DNA of 64,000 bases, taken from NCBI GenBank assembly GCA_973851085.1, contig OZ316776.1, forward strand, positions 372,001 to 436,000. Reading direction: 5' to 3'. Within the stretch, counting starts at the first letter, position 1. The number at the start of each line of letters is the position of its first letter. The notes under the pieces are model-generated. The model searched no databases, had not been told where the DNA came from, and saw only the letters and a list, made by a program, of their open reading frames with translations. Below are positions 54,500-64,000 of this stretch, in pieces. A program made the position numbers and the translations under genes. The stretch comes from Ptychomitrium polyphyllum. Its lineage: Eukaryota.

Positions 54500-56350
54500 A
54501 GAGCATATGCCTTAAATTTGTTTGTAAAAGAATTTTGTAATGGGTTTTTAGAGTTTTGTATCTACTTATTTACAAAATTTTATCAATTACCACAATAATA
54601 AAAGCATTTAACAATTGTGTAGAAGCAAATCTTCTAAGCCATGGTTGACAACAAATATCTTTTTCTACACCGTAGTCATTTTACCACAGTTGAACATATA
54701 TGTGGTAGTTCATATCATTCCTCAACATAAATAATATATATTGGATAATTAATTGGCACAACAAGCGCAAAGTCAGTGGTGTTTTCATTGATTTTTTATG
54801 CATTTGTACTCTTCTTAATCAAGCCCTTGGAAAAATACGCAACCAATCTTAACATTGCAAAGAAATTTTTACAATTATTGGAGCATTTATTGTCTTTTAA
54901 CAATAAAATCTAACAAAGAATATAAATTTTTTTCAGCCAAGGGTAATTGATTTCTACTAAGAGATTGGTGATAGGTACAACTGGTTAATAAAAACATCAT
55001 GTATTTAAAATCTTTGTATATCAATCTAAATATGAATGACAAATTCTCTTTGAAAATAATATATATACTTTATATGCAATTATAGATGAAATAGGTAAAA
55101 CAAAAGTTATTTATCATTTCAAAGGTGGATTGTTTTTGCTTATGCTAAACATTGCCAATAATTGCAAGAGTAATAGTAGCAATATATTCACAAATAAAAC
55201 ATCAGTGCACAAAAAAAATATCAAAAAAAATAAAATTGACTCTTCATCTCTATTTAAGAACTAAAGTGTGTTGCAAACACCATGCAACATTTTTTTTACT
55301 TTCTATGCTTCTAAGCATTTATTGCAAAAATATTTTAGAAAAACTAAGAAAATCTAGGCAAGTTTAGGAGTATTCTTAAAAAATCTAAGTATTTCCAAGA
55401 ATTTATTGATGAAGCTACCTTGGTCTTAGAATGTTCTAATAGATTAAAGAAGTTACTTAACGTTGCTTGAATATGGAGCATCATATTGGTAGCTTCTTGG
55501 AAAGCTTTCACAAATTTTTAGATTTATAATATATATATAGGAGTTGAAATTGAAGGTATCTTCAATCTCAACAACACATCTCTTTTGATTAAGCTCAAGC
55601 TTCATGGCCTTGTACCTTGTTGTAATTTTTAATTCTTAATTAAAGTTTAGTTCTTCCATCTTTCTCTCTAAAATCCTTGTCTTGTATTTCCATTTGTAAC
55701 AATGTATGATGAATGCATGGTTTAAATAATTACACCACCATCTTCAAAGAAATTATAATAAAGTCTTTGTTTCTCAAATTATATTAATAAGACTTGACTT
55801 TGCAAGAATGTCAAGTCAACAAAGTTTTCCTACTTAATACATCCTCCAAATCCTAATTGGCATTATTATTTAACTAATATGGAATTTATACTAAATAAAA
55901 CTTCTCCAAATTGATTTATATTACATCCATTTAACACAACTTGGCATTGGATGCTACGTTATATGACAACCATGATATTGCCATTTGAAGAAAGAACACA
56001 TACACCAACTCATACAACCAAAATTGCTAATTGTCCTTTGTGTTAAGTTTACCTATTTGACCTTGTACGAATCTAAAATCATTATTCATTATAGCCTTTA
56101 GCCAAAGTTGTTGTACTTCTAATGTGTCACATATTGATTGTTTATAATAATTTCTAAGTTTTGTTGAATTAACATCAAACTAGTTTGATACATCTTCAAT
56201 AGAAGGTCTCTTGGTAGAATTGGATTGCTAGTATTAATTCAAAAAGACCATATGCCCAATTAGCATAATGCTTTAGCACCTTTTGTTGATTTCCATTGAA
56301 GGCAAGATTATGGTCACTTCAAGGATGGCCCTTAGAATGATACAATCATT
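54500..56350 (-). mobile_element. Highly decayed DNA-transposon remnant, possibly CACTA transposase
   Basis: Faint minus-strand peptides GHP*SDHNLAFNG (~56300) and FKIHDVFINQL (~55000) resemble CACTA motifs HP..AFNG and LKSHD..QLL; many stops; boundaries approximate. Confidence 0.3.
55269..55701 (+). mobile_element. Solo LTR
   Basis: TGTTGCAAA...TTTGTAACA termini (8/9 inverted match), TATATATAG box near 55532, LTR-like composition; flanks AAGTG/ATGTA match only 3/5. Confidence 0.6.
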
Positions 56351-57501
56351 CTAATTTAATTTAATGCAATTTAGTGTTGATGACGAGTTGCTGCATGGGG
56401 CGCTAAGATATTTGGTGGCAAGGACATGTCTGCTACAAAATCTAATGCATGATTCTAAGAGTTTTGCAAAGAATATCCAAAGTTCTACGAGTAGGCTAAG
56501 CAGGCCATAAATCATGCCAAGGAAGAAGGGAGAGGGCAACCTCGTTTTGTACGACCATTTGAAGATGGTACACATGTGAGGAGTGGTTGCAAGGCAATAA
56601 GTCAGGTGTTCCTCCTGCTCCGTCTATTTCGTCCTCGTATTGAAATTATTGATACTACAGTTCCTGGTTCTTTCACGACGTTCGTAAGGTTCCATTTCAG
56701 TACAGAACCTAGAGATCTGTTGATTGCAAGATTTCTGCTCTTCGGTACAGTGTATGTGGTTTAAACAACTCGATGGAGTTCGGGATTACGGAGTAAGAAA
56801 ATAGCAACTGTCGGAACGTTTCTCAACGATTTTGGAATCTGGACACAACTGATGCACTGTAACAGAGAGGTACGCTCTGTATGTTGTGGTTAGAGTTTTA
56901 CTGATTTGTCTGTGCAAAGAGATTACCGCTGGGCTCTGCAAACGAGGGGTTGCCTACAATCGTGTCTCTCCTTGTGATATCTGCATGTATTGAACAGGAT
57001 TAGCTGAGAAGAAAGAGAAGAGGAGAGAGCTCATTCTGAACGAAGCACCGAATGAAATTTCGAAGCTGAGAATGTTCCAGTTTTGGACAAAATAATTCAC
57101 ATTTATTCTACCAAAATGCTAATTAACCTGGTGGCCTAAGTGGGCTTGCAATAGGCTCTTGTCCTACACCTCATGTCTTGTTAGCAGTTTCGTTGTTAGA
57201 ATTGTCAAGTAGAATACGCAGTTGAACGCAAGAGATACGGTAGAAGCAAGGAACGGTTGCTGCTATGTTACTATCATTTACTTAGAACCAGAAAGCAAGC
57301 AAGCAGACCTACCACTTACCTTTCATCAACTACTTATGGAATTTTTGCACATTAATTCCCGATCTACTTGCTTTCATGCCAAGTTTATTTCACGACAGTA
57401 ACACATACTCCTCGATGCAACAAGATCTCTATTACAATATTTACTAAGACAGTAAGGAAAAGATGCATACATGTGAGTAGTGGCCACCCCAAAAAATAGA
57501 A

Positions 57502-60500
57502 CTAGTGATGCTTCAAATTATTTTTAGTTTGTAATCGTGACAAACAGGAGCGTTCCTCACTTGACAAGAGGTCAAGATCATAGGTAAAAACACTGGATAA
57601 TGCAAAGAGAAGCAACACAAACACTACTTGAGCACTCATGATCCCAAAGTGGCTTATACTCTGTCCGATGTCCATCCAACTCCCTGTATTCTTCACCTGC
57701 ACAAGAGTAAACCTGCATGTCAATTGGAGAAAACACGTGGAATCTGTCATAAGAGCTTTATGAAGACACTCCAGGTATTCCTTCAAGGGATACGAGTCTT
57801 CACGGTTGACTGAAACAATCCAACCAACATATTGTACAAGCATCCAAACAGTACCAAGAAGTGCCAAATGCATTTTGAAGTCACAGGCACTTACAAGAAA
57901 GAAGAAATGAATTGTCATGACATCAGAGAGCAATATAACAACGAAGTAGCAGCCAAGCCGTGGAAGCTCTAGTAGCCTTGTAACCGCACTGAACGCACAC
58001 CTGCAGTTCACATCAACCACCACGGAAGTGCATTTTCATTCAAACCCCATCTCTCTCAACGCTTAATTGGTGCAAAAGCCATTTGTTGGATACCGAAACT
58101 TGGCTTATGCAACTATTGGATGCCTAAATACTTTCGTGCAAGCATAAATTTTTAAGATGCTTAAAATTAAAGAATTATTACAAGTCAAACTATCTTTCAA
58201 CAACCTGAAGCATCTAGCAATATGATGAAAAACATCAATCTTTGCATGGTTGCGTAGAGAAAGAATTACGTACGTCACAAGAATGAATGGAACAAAAATC
58301 TTGCACAGCAGAAGTGCTCCCATAATAAAGGGCTGCATTGAGTGAAGGGTGTCAAGATCCATGTGAAATTGGAAACAGTTGCAATACAGTTATTTTCTCG
58401 TAACGCACCCAAGAATGGCGATTCAAAAGAACTGCATCTTTTCCTGATAATATCAGTGCACATTTAGAACCGAAGCTAAACAAAACTTACAAGATTATCT
58501 TATTAATAGAGGCACTTACATCAAAAATTGTAATGAACCGATAAACTGAAGAAATTTCAAAACTGGCCACGCTGGCCATGTTTCCAGTTCCAAAGAATGC
58601 AACATTAATCAATACAAGCTGCCACAAACCAACAATTCCGTTAGAGCGTTACTCCCAGCCAATTGGCTAGAAGCATATTCTGAACATTGACATACACTAA
58701 ACGAATCACCAAAGGCTGACCGATTCAAAATAATCACACGCCTTGTGCTGGATTCTCATACGGATGACACAGCTACTTACCAAAATGGCAAATATAGATG
58801 CCAGAGTACAATTTTATTCTAAATGCACACTAGCTCAAAACGAAAATGTTGTTTATCTCACGCAAAGCCAGTGCCATACTCAAAAGTAGATACTAGTCAC
58901 CAGATAACTGTTGTAAGATTGAAAAAGTGCCCTCTGCACCTTAAAAGGAAAAACGGTCGCATATTCATAGAGAAGTGCCAGCACAGATAGCCAGTAGTAC
59001 GATCTGAAGAAAGAATGGAGTCAAGTGGTCGTTGAACCAAAGCAAGCAGGGAAAGACTTACAAAGCAGAGCGCAACCCTAGTATGTTGAAGCTCAATACT
59101 GCAAAGTGCAGCCTTTGACCCTTGTGTGCCAATGAGCTCCGGCAGATAGTTGGAGTTTGAACTTTCCCATTTTGGAGATGAGCTCGGCACAACAGAGTGA
59201 CATACCACAGATTCGACAAGGATCCACGCCAGGAGGACCAATCCAAGAGCTGTATAGAAAAGAGCTTCGTACCTGATAACCGAAAACCAAAATAGTTAAA
59301 GTACATAAATAGAAACTTTGGAAACCTCGGAAAGAAGGAGAAGAAAAAGAAGTTGGGGCTGTAAGTGTAATCCATACCCAATAGAAAGGAGTAGAAAAAG
59401 CGGGGCAAAGCCTAAGAATATAGAAATCAGTCGAAGCAGCATTCCTTGAGATGACTTCACAGGCAGCAGAACAGACAACCCTGCGAGGGACCAGTTGATG
59501 AGCTGATGGATAAGAGGAAGGCCTTTCTTCTCCGCCCTGTACGATGTTGTAACCCAAACCATGCACGATGCTGCCAACACCAGTAAAGCCTGCTCAACAG
59601 AATCACAAGCAATTATATTTTAGAGTTTAGTAGTTTTCAGGTCAAAATAGTAACTCGTTAGTATCTATGGAATAATTATAAATTCATGAATCACAAGTGT
59701 AGAGCTTCATATACATCCAACTGGCTGGTGAAAGGCGAGAGATATAAATACAATGTGACCAGTTTTAAGATATTACCTGAGTACAAAACAGGAGCCAAGA
59801 CTTATCCACCTTGGAAGAAGACCCACAGAATTTTAGCTTCCAGGAAGGATCGGATGAGTACATGTGGTCAAGCCACCGACCAATAATGGCAACTGTTACC
59901 ACTACCATTCCGCTTCCTACCCTGCAAGTAGACCCAGAACATAATACAAGTGAGTAATACAAATCCTATTAAAGCAGGCCTTAGGCATAAGTTCTAGGCG
60001 AAGAATTTACACCGCAAGGTTATAGATTCTAGCATTCACAGAAACGCGAAATAAGAAATAATGATCTCCACGGCAAATTCAACTGTTGCGTCCAAAGCTG
60101 CATAGATTAGCAATCACTGATCATTCCCACCTTACACAACAATGCCTGCTTTCACTGGTTTAAACCTTGACAGCATAATCATGAACCAGTTTCACGGAAA
60201 GGGATGTGTCAAGGCACTCACACAAGAGCAGTGTTGTCACAAATCTGCGTTGGCATTAAAGTGAATGCTGACAGAAACCAGCAGGAAGCCCACACAAATG
60301 CAGGGACCATGGATAAGCCTTGCATGTTACAGGAGACCACAACTGCCCCTACTATTCCCGCAACCAAGAATATTACTGTGTAGACTTCTCTTCGGAAAAA
60401 ACTTGCCACCTGCACAAGAGACACTAATCCTTGAGCAATACAGGCAAAACTCATAACAAGAAATAGAAAGTAATATTACTTTGAAATGGGGAAATGACCA

Positions 60501-63500
60501 AACCCAAACAAAACATCATAGGTAAGTCCAACTACGATATCCAAGTTTTTACCAAAAGCTCCAAGACAAGGAAAGATATCAACGACGTCAAGATGACTTG
60601 TGGAAGCCAGGAAAATTTTGTAGACCGAATTTCACTTCCAATACTTTGCAGAAGCGTGTAGTCTGCAAAAACCTCTGTCCAAAGGAACACTGCTAACCCA
60701 AGGTAGGCATGATAAAGAGGCGGAGCTCTTTGGAACAAAAGTAGAAAAGAGCATGCTCCCATAAACAATCCCCCTGCCAATCGCACCTGCAGCATACAAC
60801 ATCCACAACATGCAAAATAAGTCAGAACGACAAAGATACCAATCTCCAGCTCACACGAATAATGAGGAATCTAAATACAGTATAGTACTGCTACTTGTGT
60901 GAACTAATTAGAATTGGTGCCCAAGTGCTGCAAATCGAAATTTAAGTAATAGACAGCTAAAATACTCATGCCCTGCAGAGACTTCAGAGATTCCGTGTAC
61001 AACATTTGAAAAGCAAGATTGAATCAGATACCAAAATAACAATATTAAAAATGGAGATCTAACAAGAACCTAATGATCTCCAACTAAAAAGAAATTCCTG
61101 CATTAATACATAGCTATCTAGAATCCTACCAATATAGTAAGGAACAAACACAGGTCGTAACCTCGAAGTCAAAAAACTCTTACTGGTCTCTTCCCAGATT
61201 CATTGCCTAGCATGCGTCGACTCTTCTGCCGTGAATATAGAGGAAAGTGGGTATACGACTGCAATATGTGTAGGAACACATACACAATCCAGCCCAGGTA
61301 ACCCATGATGACAGTTGACATGAGAAATAACCAATCATACGTTTGGAAATAGTGTAAGCCTCGAAGAGAGACCTTGATAAGCTCCTGAGCTGATTGTAAG
61401 GCAGATTCAAACTGACCGCTAGATATCAATCGGTCAAGGTGAATAAGCATGGACTCATACTCCACCAGTGGCATGAACGGCTTGAAAAACAGCGTCGTTG
61501 CTTGTTTAAGCTCTGTTGCCTTAGTTAAGGAACTACTCATTTATCACAAATTTGTGAAGCAGCAAATACTTCCCTGAATTTGATTCCAAAATCCTGGCTT
61601 CTTGGAAAGGATTACACATGCCCCTCAATTTTCAATGCAGTGTAACAATTTGAGAAACCAGGATGATATTATTACATAAGCACCCAATCAAAATCTCTGT
61701 TTAAATAAAAAGTATATGACTGTCAAATTCCGATGTTTAAAACAGTAAGGGCCTTAAGAAAATAAAGTCATAGCTTCAAAATCTCTTCCTGCAAATTAGA
61801 CATGATTGGATACGTGACTTGCGGAGAGCCTGGTCAAGTATTTGCTTCGCGTTTCCAAACATTGCCTTCGCCTGATCTTTCTGCATACAGAAAAACTAGC
61901 TTTAGAATTATAAGAATTCAAAGAAATCCAATCTCGCATAGTCCATACAACTGACTTCCAGACTAACAACTACATGTTGAATCATTCACAATACTGCCAA
62001 AGAAAGTGTCGAATTTACATCCTGCTATTTCTAGGTTCTAGAGAGCACTTCCTCGATGAAAAATGATAAGTTAAAAAGAAGTTGCAACCAAGCCATAACA
62101 TTATTCATCAGGGAGGAAGCCAAACAATACACAACTGAAGCTCTCATCACTGGAACAATTTAGATGACTCGTGACAAGGAAACCGGGGTTCACATGGCCA
62201 TCGACAGACTTGACGTAGTAAATAATTTGAGTACAACCTTTGCTAGGGTCCATTCTAACAACCAGCTGCTAGGACCACGTTGCTCCATCGTAAACCAATG
62301 TTTCCGAGTACAACATAACAGCATGTATATGTGAGAAAACAAACCTTGCCAAGGGCCAAAAACTCGACTGGCAACATACCAACTGAATTTAACGGGCACG
62401 GAAGGCCTAGCAGTGTTGACTGTCACCAACACACACAGCCGCGTACAATCATTATGCAGAATAAAAACTTTCAGCACTTCAGTATAATAGCAATCTCAAT
62501 CGATCAGAGAGAAATATTGATGTACAAGCACAAGATATAATGCCATCAAATATTTACTCAGACCGCACAGCACAATAAAGTAGAAGATAGCCCAGCCATG
62601 AGCACTCCTTGTTGACCGCCAAGAGTCATCCTGATGGTACGGCCGGAACTCAAACAGTTAACCCCAACTTAGACTATTAGACATAATTATTCTCAATATA
62701 GAAGAAACATTGCGATCATAAACTATCCAGTGAAAGGATTTAAATGAACACAAATCACTCATCTATTAGTTTTGAAGAATAGGACCAAGTTGCAAACGTC
62801 TTAACTTACCATAAGAGGTGCAATATCCCCCTGGTTGATGTCATTACGTTCAATGTATTTCAGTCCCCATGAGTCAGGAGTAGTTTCATGATGGGTATGC
62901 TGATCGACAAAGAGTATACCATCATCCACATCATCTTCGGGGCTTGCCAGTTCAGGTCCACGAACACCTGATCCCCATACAACAATAGGAGTCTCTGTGT
63001 TCTGTGGATCTCCGTCCCCGTGACTACCTGAACAAACAGCACCAACGTGAGTGAGATTTAACTAATAAGATCTAAAAGCAGAATTAAAAACAAGAAAACT
63101 TTTAAAATAAAGAAAACAAAACAACGCACAGCCATAAGTGAATTCAGTTCAAGACATACTAACCTTTGTTGCTCATGCCGTGGTCAGATGTGAACACATA
63201 CGCAGTTTTCCCGTCGGGAAAGTACTCATCCATGAGCTTTACAGTGCTTTCAACACCACGATCCACAAGGTTGATGTTATTGAGGTATATGTCTGAGTAC
63301 GGTCGGTGCGCATGCCCGTTTGTGTCACACCCAAGTAAGTGCAGGAATACAATCAGACCATCGTCTTTGATATCCCTCTGAATTTTGGAGTCTGATTTTG
63401 ACTCACTAAGAAACTTCTCCAGCCGCTCAAACGCCCATTCGTCAAGGAAAGATGCATCTGTAAAGATAGATACTGTTGTGAGTGCAGCAAGACAGCGAAC

Positions 63501-63854
63501 GCTAAGAAAACCGCCAATGTGCTTACCGATATCAGTTGCTAAGTCCATTGGCACTTTTGTCCTATATAGTAATTGAAGCAGAACAGCTTGAAGGATTTTC
63601 TAAATTGCTCACCATACTTTAGAAATATATAGAACATATGTTCATACTAACATACAAGAAAGATTAATTGTAACACAGATAACATCATTAGTAATTACCC
63701 GTAGCAAAATCTTCGAACTCGGTTGAGTATGAATCCGAATAACTATTAGGCAGCGCTGAGCAAAAGATTGGTACAATATCCGGACTTCCAAATGCAACTG
63801 TGTGTCTGCTCCTGTTGAAAACTGAATCAAACTCCACTGGATTTGCCTTCCAAC
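57502..63854 (-). CDS. PIGN: GPI ethanolamine phosphate transferase 1 (PIG-N/Mcd4); 5' exons lie beyond the right edge of the window
   Basis: Exons with GWKANPVEFDSVFNRSRHT (63699-63854), FLHLLGCDTNGHAHRPYS..FTSDHGMSNKG, SHGDGDPQNTETPIVVWG..QGDIAPLM, GLHYFQTYDW, AFFGTGNMASVASFE and NTGSWMDIGQSISHF; stop at 57502. Confidence 0.95.
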
Positions 63855-64000
63855 CTAGCAATTTCAAAGTTCATCCGAGAGTATTCATAATGAGTGAATT
63901 GTGATAGTATAGGATTGCACGCATTAGCCATATCATTAATTTTGCAAAAGATGTGGAATAGCATCTAGTAGTCACATTTCTGAACCGTGCGACGTTAGAA

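Noticed and set aside
244..63854. Phospholipid/phosphate theme (AAPT, PHR-like factor, HAD hydrolase, PIGN) as a functional gene cluster
   Set aside because: These are housekeeping genes interspersed with unrelated ones over 60 kb, with no evidence of co-regulation; likely chance.

Overview
Gene-dense, intron-rich land-plant genomic DNA. Gene style and LTR families suggest a moss (inference, not verified). Ten protein-coding genes can be assembled from exons: AAPT (partial), SCO2/CYO1, SYS1, a 2OG-Fe(II) oxygenase-like gene, a PHR1-like MYB-CC factor, a STAR/KH RNA-binding protein, WDR74/NSA1, an HDHD3-like HAD hydrolase and PIGN (partial); the tenth, at 52-54 kb, is only a possible decayed gene and is listed under findings. 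Genes are separated by AT-rich decayed transposon DNA. At 32.4-42.1 kb a degenerate Copia element is split by a chromodomain-bearing Gypsy element, whose 5' LTR carries a further ~1.17 kb insert. The two most interesting signals: (1) the Gypsy has no tRNA-type PBS, and its PBS position is complementary to its own LTR sequence ~30 nt after the TATA box, as in Tf1-type self-priming; (2) an isolated ~250 bp GC/CpG-rich island at 42.7-42.95 kb folds into long stems whose mismatches become G-U pairs on the minus strand, a candidate structured RNA. All exon models and homology calls were made by eye and from recalled family motifs, without database searches.
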